A DNA stretch of 55,928 bases, counting the filler, from Dugesia japonica (taxonomy: Eukaryota), in NCBI GenBank assembly GCA_001938525.1. It is 4 parts of 4 records of this genome, joined end to end, with 100 filler letters (N's around TTAATTAATTAA, not from the genome) between each part and the next. Parts side by side here need not be neighbours in the genome. Positions count along the whole stretch, not along the records: positions 37,566 to 46,776 come from MQRL01506064.1; positions 46,877 to 55,928 come from MQRL01612771.1; 2 more parts are not named here. One strand, 5' to 3'. The notes under the pieces are model-generated. The model saw only the letters and a program-made list of their open reading frames with translations. It was not told where the DNA came from and made no database searches. How positions within the stretch are numbered: the first letter of the stretch is position 1; each line of letters opens with the position of its first letter. Below, in pieces: positions 37,466 to 51,059 of the stretch. The position numbers and the translations under genes were made by a program.

Positions 37466-37565
37466 NNNNNNNNNNNNNNNNNNNNNNNNNNNNNNNNNNN
37501 NNNNNNNNNTTAATTAATTAANNNNNNNNNNNNNNNNNNNNNNNNNNNNNNNNNNNNNNNNNNNN
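37466..37565. other. Artificial contig linker
   Basis: 44 N + TTAATTAATTAA + 44 N. Confidence 0.97.
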
Positions 37566-37613
37566 AAATAATTATTATTTATTATTATAAATTATTATTA
37601 TTATTGCTATAAT

Positions 37614-37716
37614 TATTCATTTAAAATAAATGCTTCGATCAAAATTTTTGTTTTTTTGTTTGGTATTTGATTACAATTTGATATTTCGACTTTGTCTTCT
37701 TTAGGAATTCACTTTT
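37614..37716 (-). repeat. Hammerhead-repeat family copy abutting (TTA)n
   Basis: gcttcgatcaaaat...gatatttcgactttgtcttctttaggaattcactttt; core G5>A. Confidence 0.7.
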
Positions 37717-37734
37717 ATTATTATTATTATTATA

Positions 37735-37784
<50 letters not shown>

Positions 37785-37834
37785 NNNNNNNNNNNNNNNN
37801 NNNNNNNNNNNNNNNNNNNNNNNNNNNNNNNNNN

Positions 37835-37897
<63 letters not shown>
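37715..37897. repeat. (TTA)n microsatellite spanning a gap
   Basis: Direct reading. Confidence 0.95.
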
Positions 37898-37898
<1 letters not shown>

Positions 37899-40800
37899 AA
37901 TTTTATTAATATTATAATCATTAATTTCTAGAAATGTCCAAACAAATATTAGAAAAAAATTTTTTTAATTTAAATTAATTAAAACAAAACTGTAATTAAT
38001 ATTAAAATTTTTACTTGATCAAATATTGTTTCAAATTCATAGAAAATTTATTTGTCAATTGATATGGCTATTTAAACTCGCCGGTGCTATCATTTATCCC
38101 ACTTGATCGATTTTCGGGACGAACAAGTCAACAGAGCTGGGAAGATGACGCAGTTGTAATGTAATATTTAAGAAATAAACAACTCAAAATATGATGAGAT
38201 ATTCTTCACTTATTTTAGGATAAGCATATCGAATCGGCTGTGTATTCCGAGGTAAAATTTGTATCAAATTTTTAATTATTAATTATTCGTATTTCAATAT
38301 CAACCAAAATTCTTAAGTAAAATTTTAAAATAAAACTATTGAAAAAACATATTTTAGTGCACGATAGTTTAAAACATGAAAAAAATACTTTTGTTGAAAT
38401 ATTAATTAACAAATTTTTATTTTTGAATTTTTTTCAACTTTTTAAAGCAAAATAATTCAAGAATAATTGTTTTTCAGTTTCATATTTATCGATTATCTCC
38501 CATTTATTATGAAAATTGGAATATTTATGTCGGAATTCCGAGTATATTAATTACAGTAAATCAACTGTAAAAGAGTTTATTCTTTTTCTCTTAATTATTG
38601 CCGGTAATAATTTCGCATATTCTTCATGTTAGCTGAGTTTGTTACACTCATCGTTGAATTCTTAAGAATAACACTTTTCATTTACGAAATTTATTATAAC
38701 ACAAGACAACACAAAAAATACTAAAAAAAAATTTGTTTTTCTAAACAAAATGAAAACAAGCTAAACATTTTTTGTCTGACTAAAATTGATTATTTAAAAA
38801 CTATTTAATAACTAAAAAAAATAAATTTAGAAAATTAAAAGTTTTATAAAATTTTCAAATGTTATAATCATTCCAAATTTTTAATTAAATATTTCAAACA
38901 TTTTAAAGTATCTATTTAAATTATATAACATTATTTTTTTGAATACAAATATTAAACTATTTTTTTTTAATAAAATACATAATACATAAATTATATATTT
39001 AAACATGTATTTATTATTAAAATTATCAAATTTATTAAGTTATAAAATCAAATTTAATTAATAATTTTTTTAAATTAATATATCTATTTATTTAAATTAG
39101 CTGAATTATTGAATTAAGCCATTAATTTCAATTTAATTATTAATTTGTTGTGCTGGAACAACTGAAAAGGAGAAATAAAATATGAAAATAATGAAACTGA
39201 TGATTTAAACAAAAGTACGAAAAATTTCACTTTCATTGTGTGATAAGAATTAGATAATAAAAACGAAGAGAATATGAAAAAAAATTGAATTAAATTAAAC
39301 AAAAGTGAAAAATGTAAAGTTATCAAAATAATATTAGTCTGGAAAATAATTAAAAGGAAATAATAAAAGTCCAATTATTAATAAAAAGTTATTAATGATT
39401 GAAAAGAAATAATAAAAAACTTGAACAGTAATACTGATAAAGAAAATGATAATCGGATAATCGGTAAAATGAATGATAATTGGTAATGAAAAAAAATTAA
39501 ATTTAAGGAAAATAAAATTATGGAGTGATAAAAGAAATGAATTATTGTTGCAATATTTCTTATAATTGTTATCATGAAAAAAGAAAATAATAAAAGGTAG
39601 AAGTAGAAATGAAGACCCTGGGCCAAGAAAGAATTAAAGAAAATTATTAATAAAAATCATACTTTATATTGAATGAAAATAAATAAATAATAAATAAAAT
39701 TTATCTAGGATTAATTGTGAAATAATGTTAATTAAGAAAATAACTGAAAATATATTATTAATTATTTAGGAATAATGTTGATTATATTGAATGAAATCCA
39801 TCAAAAGTATATGAAGTATTAATATTATATTATTATTATTATTATGAATATTATTATTTTTATAATTATTTTCGTTATAATTGCTGATATCGTTATTATT
39901 ATTGATATTAAAATAATTATTATGAAACAAGTAAAATGCAATTTTGAATATTTTTTTGAAAAATCTTTGGAAAGAGCAGGAAAAAAAATAAATTATTTAT
40001 GATCGATGAAGTAAAGGTGATGAAGAAAGACTAATGGAAAATGAACAACGAAGAAATATTGTTGAAGATGTGAAATGGTTGGGAATAAAATTTTTTTTAA
40101 ATGATGATGGAGAAAATTGCGGGTGACATGAAATTGTTGGAAATGAAAACGATCATGGTTAGAAAGAAACCAAAGATGAAAATGAATGACAAGGACATCA
40201 AAGAAGAAAGCCACTTAATGAATGAGGAAATAATGAATTGAAATTGAGAAGAAATGAAGTGATAATATTTGAGTAATTAATGAAATGGAAAAGACACGAA
40301 ATGATCCTGATGATGAAACAAACTTGTAGAGTAGTAAAGTGATAATGATAAAAACAAAACGAATTGACGAGGATGATGAAGAGAAAGTGACAAGAAATTA
40401 AATGATAGTAATGATGAAATAAAATTGAATAGTAAATTAAAGATAAAAACGAAAAGAAAATTTTAAATTGGGAAGAAGCGAAATGATATGATAATGAAGA
40501 AGAAAGCGAGGACAGAAAGATAACGAAGAATAATTTGATGAAAATGAAATCAATGAATACATGATAATGATGAAAGATTTTACCATGAAATGAGAGTAAA
40601 TCGATCAGGAAGAAGTCAAAAAAATTGATGAGATTAAAATAATAATGATAGAAAGCGATCCGAAAGAAGCAAATGTGATGGGGTAAGAAGAAATTGATCA
40701 TTATAATAAAACGATGCTGAAGATGAAATAAAATAAAATGAAATTATGAATTGATAATATAAAAGAAATGAAAAGAAGGTGATTGCGTTAAAAAAGGTGA

Positions 40801-41064
40801 AGCAATACCACTAAACAAAATTTACCCGAAATCAAATAAATCAAGTAATAAAATAAAATTCCAGTTGAATTATATTTCATACANNNNNNNNNNNNNNNNN
40901 NNNNNNNNNNNNCTTTGCTGCCGGTGATGTATGGTTCTGCTCCTTTTCTTCTTGTTTTCTTTACTAAACTGAAAAAAGTGTGTAAAAATGAATATGAAAG
41001 AATAAAATATAATCATGAGATGATTTCAATATACTTTTGTTGGGTTATTAGTAAAAAATAAGAA

Positions 41065-41355
41065 AAATGAAGGTTTCCGTTGGAGCTAAAATCGGCAAAT
41101 AAGAAAATTATGGACTAGAAAAAATCGGGGATTTCAAAAATGTTGGTTAGAAAATCGTAGCAATATTCAGAAAAAAGCTATAAGGGTTTGAAGAGTGACC
41201 AATAATTTTGAAATCCTAAAATAACCACCAATAAAAAGAACTCACGTGACGTTCAAGCCAATGGAAACGTCAGAAAAATCGTACGACTCCATATAACCAA
41301 TGAACGGAATGGGGGTGTGAAGGGAAACTGGTATAAATACCGATGAAAATTTCAC
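41065..41355 (+). promoter_or_regulatory. Repeat-borne Pol II promoter (probable LTR U3)
   Basis: CCAAT at 41199, 41228, 41258, 41297; CACGTG at 41243; TATAAATA at 41332; collinear inverted homolog at 43413-43710. Confidence 0.6.
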
Positions 41356-43412
41356 CAAAACTTAATCTTCATCACGAAAAATATCGAGTTTGACCGAAAA
41401 ATATTCAATTATCACTAAAGGTAATTATTTCTGCTCTTTGATTCATGGTGCAACGATTTCCGACTTGACGGATTATAGAAGTTATGGAACCCACAATAAT
41501 CAGTGTCGTGATGAAGATGGAGATCCCAAGTTAATGGTTAATTGTTACGCAATTGGTGGTCATGATAAATCAAATAATACCTGTGTGCTTGCTCCGGATC
41601 GGGATTCAGTCATGTTAGTTGTTTGCTTATTATAATTGTTAAGTTTATGTACCAGTAACAGTAAAATTTAGAATATAATTTTTCATTCGTTGAATTCTTC
41701 TATTCCTTAGAACTGTAAAAACATAACGTATTGATTTTTAACCTAAAAGTAGTAATTAAGCAAACTCAGTTAAAAATGTTTAACCGTTAATACGAAAAGA
41801 TTTTAATTAATTAGGACCTCATTAATTGATAAAATGAAATCTAATAAACGAGTTGTAAGTTGAACTATAAAGGACTTATGACTGATAAGTAATAAGTATG
41901 ATTTGTAAATCAAGCGAGTATTATGAAATATGGACCCAANNNNNNNNNNNNNNNNNNNNNNNNNNNNNNNNNNNNNNNNNNNNNNNNNNTAAATCAAGCG
42001 AGTATTATGAAATATGGACCCAAACCAAAGGAGTGTGAGTCTGTACTCAGATTTTGAGTCAACAGCTCCATTCCAAAGATCTGGACTTTTGGGGACACCA
42101 GATTCAAATTCATTGCGGGGTTTTACCAGATCAGTTACCGTAGACTTAATTTTATATATAGTTCGACCCCCCTAGTTTTAATCATATAAGAAATCAACCC
42201 ACCTAGGATAAAATTCAACATTACTATTATTATCATATTGTAATCTATTTTGATTATTATACTATGACTATTATCATTATTAATTATTTTCATTGTTAGC
42301 AAAAATTGGATCAATTTGATCCAATCAAAATATGTTAACTCACCAAGTATCGGCAATAATACAACCACCACATGGATACAAGTGTTAAGAGTTACCGTCT
42401 TTTCGTTTCTAATAGGCTACCACTTTACCTCAGCAACTGGTACAACTTTAAATAAATTAGTCCCACATAACAGCCAGTACGCGGTGGTGAAAATTCACGA
42501 AAATACATCGTTATTTATACTTTTGTACGCAAACATAATTTTTCCACTCATTTTCATAGACATTCCTATTTTAATCTCTCTTCCCCTGAACGTTACTTAA
42601 ATCTATTCCCACATATTTGCGATAGTTATAATTTTTATTCCGATTCGTTCACTGGAAAACTCGAAGAACTTTATCCTTATCGATTTACAATTGAAATAGT
42701 CTTAAATACTTTTATCAAATATACTACAGATTTGGCCAATTTTTTCATTTGTAAATCTGAAGTTTTTAGAGTGATTTTCGTCCATAAAATGAACTTGTTT
42801 GTAAGGTGTTTTTAATGTGTTATACGGTTAAGCTCCCTACTTTGTAAGCATTGGCTTGTTGTTTTTTGAATGCTTTTAAAAGCAGTTTCTAGTTATTTTA
42901 ATAGAAATTATATTTGATAGCACTTTTCTTAATTTATATTCACATTTTTAATCAGGAAATTGTTCTCTTTTCGTTGTTTTAATTCATTCTTAGATGAATT
43001 AAAGCTTGTATTGTGCCTCAATTTCTATTTAGCATCTTCTATATTGGTCGATCTCATCCAACCCATTTTCACTGTATTAAGTATTCGTCGCCTCTAATAA
43101 GTGATCTTAGTTTGTTAGTGAAGTATATCTGTACACACAGGGGTACAGTAAAGGTAAGTAATGTCCAAATCACAAATTATCATATGTATACATTAGTGAC
43201 AAAAGGCTAGTTAATTAGTGTACAAAACTAACTATCATGGAGCGTAGAATATATGAGCAATGATAACAGTCCGGAGCAGGGAGCATAGGAGCATTAATTT
43301 TTTAGCCAATTTATATCCAAGTTATATCTTACTAGTAAGCAGAAACCGTTGCAGAGCTTGTGATATTTTCTAAGAAGTCACCTCTAACTTATTAAAATCA
43401 AAAGTGATTATA

Positions 43413-43710
43413 TGAAATTTGCATCGGTATTTATACCATTTTTCTTATACACCCACAATCTTCGTATTGAATCGATAATATCGTACGATGTTTAATAACT
43501 TTTATTGACTGAAATTATCACGCCATATCGTACCACCTTTTTTTATTGGCTTATTTTTTGGAATTTCCGTATTAAAAGATTCCAATTAACTATCCATTAA
43601 AACCCTTAAACTTTCTTCCTGACGAATCTTCTGCTTTTCGAAATTTGCGCTCATTTTTTTATCATAATTTACTTGTTTGCTAATTTTTCCTTAATGGAAA
43701 GCCTTAATTC
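43413..43710 (-). promoter_or_regulatory. Diverged second copy of the repeat-borne promoter
   Basis: TGGTATAAATACCGATG identical; atcgtacga, ccaataaaaa and taagggttt in the same order. Confidence 0.6.
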
Positions 43711-45344
43711 TCTTTTTTGTCACTTTATTGTGAATAAATCCTATTTTTGGAATTAATCATTTTAATCTGATTTATTTTCATAAATTTATTATTTATTTTA
43801 TTTTCTTTTATTTTGATTTATTAATTTGATTGATCATTCTTAATTTCCAGCCAAATATATTTTGATTTTAACTTTCTAACTCCCGAATAATTTATTTTAT
43901 TTAATTTTCTGCTGATAACTATTTTATTTAATTCAGCATTTTTTTCATGCTGATTAATTATTTGATATGGTTGTTACTTGCTGCTTCTTTATTTTAAATT
44001 TGTCGGTTATTTTCTCTGTAGTTTTTGTTTTGTTCTAATTTTTATTGATCTATTTTCCAATATAGTTTTCCCTTTTTTAGATGTTGTGCTTGATTATTTA
44101 AGATTATCATGGATTTTGCCAAATTATTCTTTTAACTTTATATCTCAATATCTATTCAACAATTTTTTAACTATCTATACCTTTATGATTCCTTTTTTTC
44201 TTATCTCATTCTTCTTCTTTGATTTTGTCTCCACCTATCGCTATTATTTTCTTCTTATATCAGGTATACCACCCCGACATTATTGGCCGGTGAAAATGTT
44301 ACCGTGCTATGAAGAATGATAAATTTAAGAACTGCATCAGTGAAATGGTGTTTAAAAATTCTTTGCCTCTCACTTTTTTCTCCAGTCCAGTTTTCATTAA
44401 ATGGAACGGCGAATCTTTAGAAATAAGCAGTGTACAAAATTTAGTAATGGAGGACGTTAGAAAGTAAAATAAGGAACTAAAAAATCTATTACACGGAAAG
44501 TTGGTTTTGTAAAAAAAGGATACATGCACATGTCATTGGGTAAATTACTTTACTTTTGCCTTAATGTTAAATTAGTTGATGATTAAAAAGAAATAATATG
44601 TACAATTTTATACGTTCCTTGTTTTTCCAGAGGCATCAAGATGTAAACCGAATTAACCACGAGGTTACATCAAACCTGCCAGTTCATAACTAAGTGGTGC
44701 TATACGTTTCCCAGTGTCCTCTCTCTAAATTTATAATTCTATGCCAATTCTAACTGGCATATGCTCCTCTGTCAGTCTGCGAAAGTTTGCTTTTGTGCTT
44801 CTATATTAATATTAAGAGAATCATCTGCATGAAATAGAACTGAATGATCTTTGGGCCAGACAACCTGTTTTATATTCACTGTATCAGTATCTTATACAGT
44901 GCAGATTTTCAGTCTCAATACCGCAACAGCGCAGAAATTAAAACAGCAGCAGGGAATGATTAATTACATTTAGTAAATTTCTACAAATTTCATTACAGGC
45001 AGTCATGGTGAAATAGATTCATCAGCTTGTCATCTTGCCAGGTAATGCCAATATTAACACTATATTATTAAGACTTCTGCGCAGCAGTGTCAGTCAGATA
45101 TAACTGCAAACTAGGGAATGGAAATAATAACCACTCTGCAGCAAAATAAAATATATTCAGAGCCCTACTATATTCGAAAATCATGACATAATTATATTAT
45201 ACATCATTTTATTTTTGCATACATACGTTTTTGTTGAAATATCCCTTCCCTCTATACGCACTTATCCACAAAGAATTCACTCGGGACACACCCCTCTCCC
45301 CNNNNNNNNNNNNNNNNNNNNNNNNNNNNNNNNNNNNNNNNNNN

Positions 45345-46380
45345 TCGGAATTGAAATCGGAATCGTGTTTTTTTATCGACTCAACAGCCCTAATTATTAA
45401 ACTAAAACTATATGATTTTATAACTGATATAAATCTTATACAAAGTATGGAGATAAATTTTTTGACAACAGTGTATAATTGGCAACATTATACGTTAATC
45501 CAATGCATTGCTTTAAGCAAAGAAAAACTTAAAAACGAAATGCAGAATTCATTAAATACAAGAAGTGTATTAATGACATTAGATCATCAAGATGAATCAC
45601 CCATTACAATATCCAGTAATATTTCACTAAATACCACTTCTGAAAATGAAGCAAATAACACAGATTTAGATAAGAACCCTTATGTTAAACAAGCTAAATG
45701 TCGCCAAACTGATATATATCTCCAATCTATATCTAGTGCTTTGAATGGGGTAGAGAAAATAGATCGGTCATCTAAAATAAATGTAATGGAGGTTATACCG
45801 CGTTACCCAAAAATAACACAAAAATAAGCTTAATTGGTAACTCCTTTGTCTACAACCCAAGTTGGTGTAGAACGTTTATTTATTTATTTATTGTAGTCCT
45901 GTTGATTTATTTTTCTGGTTTGTTCCCGTTTAGCGGGTGTTCCACCCCAACACCTTTATAAATTTTTTAAACGAATTTTTTTGGCTTTTTATTAATTGTT
46001 GTGTTTCTTATTAATTGTTCTGCAATTTATTATCAATTCTGTTTTATTGTTAGGTATTTTAATTCGCATATGTATTGTGTCGATAGATTATACACAGATT
46101 TCTTAAGTAAACAATAGATTTATTACGGGTGTTACTCCTTTTATTCAAACTAGCATCAATTTCAATAGAATATANNNNNNNNNNNNNNNNNNNNNNNNNN
46201 NNNNNNNNNNNNNNNNNNNNNNNNCAAAAATAACACAAAAATAAGCTTAATTGGTAACTCCTTTGTCTACAACCCAAGTTGGTGTAGAACGTTTATTTTT
46301 GAATTACACATTAGGATCTTCAAGCATAAATGAAGGATTATTTNACTGAAGCTATATTGTTCCTAAGAACAAATTCATTT
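45345..46380 (+). mobile_element. hAT transposon relic
   Basis: tcggaat subterminal repeats; C-terminal dimerisation motif TTQVGVERLF...EAILFLRTN; 45809-45881 duplicated at 46225. Confidence 0.7.
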
Positions 46381-46776
46381 TGATTTTTATTACTAAATTG
46401 TTATTAAATTATCTGAATTTTTTCACTCAAAATTTTTATATTGTTATTTGTTTTTTTCTTTTTCAAGCCTTGAACTACTACCTTGAGAAATTAATTTTTT
46501 ATCAATACATTTTTTTCAATATGTGTAAAATTAGTACTCAAATATAAATTTGCATTCTAACATGTTATTTTGTCTAAAAATATTTCTCGAATAAGAAAAT
46601 GTCTAAAATTGAATCCGTATTNTTTTGGTTCAAATATAAAAGATCCCGATAAATACATCTGGTGTGAAAATAGTAATTTTTTAGACTGCCCGATATCTTA
46701 AAAGTCTTGATATTTTTTAAGATATTATTACAAGAAATTTATGCATGGTATGGGCAGTCTTGATATTTTTTAAGAT

Positions 46777-46876
46777 NNNNNNNNNNNNNNNNNNNNNNNN
46801 NNNNNNNNNNNNNNNNNNNNTTAATTAATTAANNNNNNNNNNNNNNNNNNNNNNNNNNNNNNNNNNNNNNNNNNNN
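46777..46876. other. Artificial contig linker
   Basis: 44 N + TTAATTAATTAA + 44 N. Confidence 0.97.
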
Positions 46877-47957
46877 ACCAATGTAGCAAGTATATGATTT
46901 TGGTAGCAATCCGCAAGCAAGATGAGAACACAATCCAGAAAGTTATTTCGTATAATTTGCTGCTCAAGTTTGGTTGCCCGAAATGCATTCACGTGGAATG
47001 TGAACGGTCTTTTGAGTCGAAGGCAATGGACGAATTCTCCAAGAAAAAGAACGTAGAATTATGTTTTTCGAGCCCGTATCACCATAATACGAATGGGCAA
47101 ATCGAGAGACAGTTCAGGACAGTACGGGATTTGCTAAATGCGACATTAAAAGACAGAAAGAGTACAGATTGGGCTGAATTACTGCCGGAAATAGAATTTT
47201 CATTAAATTCGACATGACAAAGATCTATAAATACCAGTCCAGTGGAATTCATCTTTGGAAATAAATAGCAAGGGAAAACTGGAATCAACAAGTAGCAGAG
47301 AAGACGGCACTGAAAACAACAACCAAAAGAACTTTCGAAGATGGAGAGGAAGTGTTAGCAATGACCGAAAACAGGAACAAAGACCAGGAACGTTTTTAAG
47401 GGCCTTACCAGATAATAAAAAAAGTACACGACCGAAGATACCTATTGCAGAGAGATGATGGGAGACGAATAGAAAAGAAATGTGGAACAGTTAAAGAATT
47501 TCTTTCAAAGGGAGATATGAGATATTATTTAAAATTGAAAATCGAATATAAAATAATTGATATTAAATTAATGTTTAATATCGTTGTTTTAATATTCAGA
47601 TTTTGGTTTGATAACTTTTTGAATTAATACATTATTTTATAGATTTGGCTTCGGATTTTAATCAAGTTAACAGGCTCATTAAAATNNNNNNNNNNNNNNN
47701 NNNNNNNNNNNNNNNNNNNNNNNNNNNNNNNNNNNGAATAGAAAGAAATGTGGAAAAGTTAAAGAATTTCTTTCGAAGGGAGATATGAGATATTATTTAA
47801 AATTGAAAATCGATATTAAAATAATTGATATTAAATTAATGTTTAATATCGTTGTTTTAATATTCAGATTTTGGTTTGGTAACTTTTTGAATTAATACAT
47901 TATTTTATAGATTTGGCTTCGGATTTTAATCAAGTTAACAGGCTCATTAAAATAACA
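46877..47957 (+). mobile_element. Gypsy 3' end: integrase core, GPY motif, PPT and 3' LTR
   Basis: SSPYHHNTNGQIERQFRTV shared with the element at 21195-24740; PPT AAGGGAGA then LTR TG..CA 47786-47957; variant copy of the PPT-LTR segment at 47467-47685. Confidence 0.9.
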
Positions 47958-47959
47958 AA

Positions 47960-49082
47960 ATTCCATTAATCTGTTATATAATCACCATTATTAAGTTTTC
48001 CATCTTCCTAATAACTGATCAATTCTTTTCTCCATAAAAAATGGTGAGTTTTGAATCGAAACAAATTTTGACAACCTAATTGACTTCCTTGTTAGATTTG
48101 AATATTATCCTATTCATAAGGTTCTATAAGAATCGGAAAAGGTGGTAATCTGTTCGCCAAGGTGCGAGGAGTAAGGTGGATATCGTAAAACAAACAGCCA
48201 AGTTAGAAAATTTTGGCGTATGTAGTTTCCCATTTTTACTATTCACAAGACAGGACGTTTTTCTTGAAGTTTATGTTGAACTCTTTGCTATTGCTGAATG
48301 TATTTACCTGCAGTAATTGTTTCATTTCGATTTAACAATTCGTAGAGGACTTCGACTTGACGACTCCATGATACAGATAATGAAATCTCTCCATGTTTGT
48401 TTGATTTAGGATCTGGTAACACCCTTGGCTTTTCCGAGTGATATTTTCATGTAACCAATTTTTCATCTCCTGTTATAATTCTGCCTAGAAAAGGTACAGT
48501 CATATTCAGTGAGAGAAGAATTGTGAAAATTGAGATCCGATCTGTTCAACTCTGCTCATTTAGAATATGAGGTACCCTTACTCCAAGTTTGTTGACTTTC
48601 CAACATTTTCAAGGTAGTAATACACACTTGATTGTGACGTATTAAGCCTCTCAGCCAGCAGCCGTTTTATTTGCTGCGGAATTTGTGTTTGTCATTTTTA
48701 AATGTGTTGTCCTCAAAATGGGAATAGCGATATGTTCATTGTTAATCGATTAAGGACTCTTTCTTAGAACGATATTTATCAAACCAATTTTTTATTGCTC
48801 AATCTGATATTAGACTTTTCCCGTTAACACTTCACCGCAGTACTTTTGCTTTCTTTGAACTCCCAAAGCATTATATAACGAATATGGACTTTTTGGTTCT
48901 CTATATTAATGACTAAAATACTTTAATTAATCAAACACACTAGTCAGTTTTAAACTGATTAAAAAGATTTTTATTCATGCTGCTGAAACAAGGGAATCTT
49001 TTGTCTGATCGTAAAATAAATCAAAACTAATGAATATTTACTTTATATATCCACATGAAGTTATTTATGACTCATCCTAATA
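47960..49082 (-). mobile_element. Degenerate mariner element
   Basis: VPHILNE, PFLGRIITGDEK, YPPYS..DYHLF; TIR TATTAGGATGAGTCATAAAT at 49082. Confidence 0.8.
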
Positions 49083-49749
49083 GTTGACTTAATCTATTTT
49101 TTAATTATTGTTGAATCAAATATTTCGTTTTACAACTTGGCCTGGAAATAAATTGTCATGTGTTCGTGACAAAAAACATCCAACGTTATTTGCAGTGAGA
49201 AAACCTTGAAAACTTTTTTTGGAAATTTTGAGGTGGAATATTTTTTCTAACTGGGGATAGTGAAATGAATTTACTAAATATGTCAACGTATTCTACACGC
49301 CATATCGAAATTTGGGACAGATAAAAGCGTACGTGCATATAACTTCATTCCAAGCAAATTGTTAAATTTTAATAAATCAATGTGCCTATCACTGATATAG
49401 ATATTTTATAATTTATTAATTAAATCCCGGATGGTGATATGTGGGAATCACGTGAATTGTTATTTCTAATTGAATGCTGCCAATAAATTAAATTCTATTT
49501 TATTTTCTACCCAGATGCGATAAGTTTTTTTTAAATTTCTGTTGAATTTTATTTGCAAATTTTGCATTTTTCTACGAGTAACTAATAATTAATGACTTCG
49601 ATAATTGATTAGTAAAATTTCTAAATTGAAAACCGTGATTTAAACTGGTTTTTGTTAAATTTGAATTAGGCATTGTTAGTTGGCAAATTTATTAAATGAC
49701 ATTAGAATTAAATAAATTTTTCTTCAGATTTCTTGTCAGAATAATAATT

Positions 49750-50190
49750 TCAGGTTCCGAGGTTCTCTATTGTTAAGTTTCTCTTTATTGTCTCTTCACC
49801 ACGTTCTTTTCTTTCCGCCGTGGAGGCATACAACATAACTGTAAGTATTTGCAAAAAGCATTTTCGCTCAATCTTTTCCGGTTCAGCGGATCTTTGTGGT
49901 AACTCGTCTGACGATTGTAAATAAATTAAATGAAAAGAATTTTTTTGGCTTAGCATCCAAATTACTCATTACAGATTAAAAGTTATTCTCCAAAAATTTC
50001 TTATGAGTCGCGATTCATCTTCATCTGCAACAATTCTTTGTTTATCTTCCACTTTCTTCGGTTTAAATTCTTTCCATAATGTGCGGACATTGACAAATAG
50101 GATAATGTCTGTCGGCATAACCTTTTTTTATCTCAACAATTATCCCATTGTTCTGGATGAGGCTTAACTCTTGATTTTGTGCGTGACATA
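49750..50190 (-). pseudogene. Possible DNA-transposase N-terminal relic (Sola-like)
   Basis: KPHPEQW...GKEFKPK...LIRNFW...KCFLQILTV pattern with stops; family recalled from memory only. Confidence 0.3.
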
Positions 50191-50730
50191 ATCGTTCATT
50201 CACATTTGTCAATTTCTTTAACAAGCAGCTAATTTTATTTTTATTCTCTCTTTGTTGCTCTTTCTATTCTGAAAGTGTATCTAGTAATTTTTTTCAGTTA
50301 TTTGCGGCTTCAGATTTACTATTCGCTGAATAAAAAGCAATTCACCAGTAGATCAGGACATAACACGACAATTATACTATTAAGTTACAACATTAAAAAT
50401 TTGAAAATGTTGGTTAATTTAGACAGAAATCATAAAAATCAACTGATTAAAACAAAACCAATTATTTTCACTTAATTTAAACAAAAATAATAAATTGCAT
50501 GTTATTTTAAAAATAATGACATCATCCACCCATGCACAAAATTTGAAATTTTTCGAAAAAAAATTCTAAAAAAAGTAAGGAAAAAAAATCGACCAAAAAA
50601 ATTTTTCACCACTATCTACCTACTCTCGATCTTCAAATAAATTTGATATAATTTAAACACATTTATTCTAATAAACATTTTACCATGAATAAATGACAAA
50701 TTCACTCAGTAAATTCAAATAAAAACAATA

Positions 50731-50831
50731 GAATTTCATTAAAATAAAGAAAAAGCTTCTATCAAAATAACATGTATTTGTAAAGAAATTCAAATTTTCG
50801 ACCTTTGTCTTCTTCAGGAATGATGACTTTC
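50731..50831 (-). repeat. Hammerhead-repeat family copy
   Basis: aaaagcttctatcaaaat...ttttcgacctttgtcttcttcaggaat. Confidence 0.6.
50788..50821 (-). ncRNA. Hammerhead ribozyme copy
   Basis: AUUC-CUGAAGA-A-GAC(AAAG)GUC-GAAA-AU-UU-GAAU on minus strand. Confidence 0.6.
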
Positions 50832-51059
50832 TGATGTATTCAAAATGGCAATCGATCTTTTCTACAAAATTTTTAATCTTTTATCGAGATTTTTTTGATC
50901 TATTTAAATTCTTAATTTTTTTTTAAATTAAATCTCAAAAATTCTTTTAAATTAAATTTAATTGAAAATCTATTAATGGTTTTTTAAAAATTTTTTTTAA
51001 AATATAAATTAATGCATTAAAGTATTTAAATATTTAGATATATATTTTATTAATATTAA

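Noticed and set aside
38043-38251. Possible small exons of a further gene
   Set aside because: Splice sites are plausible, but no consistent open frame or recognisable motif was found
39114-40701. Hydrophobic F/L/I-rich minus-strand ORFs (also 43978-44319) as membrane proteins
   Set aside because: By-product of T-rich strand skew, which depletes stop codons
47467-47957. Tandem LTR duplication as a biological structure (also duplications at 41909/41990, 45809/46225 and 46703/46757)
   Set aside because: Each lies next to an N gap, which is typical of unmerged contig ends or haplotypes
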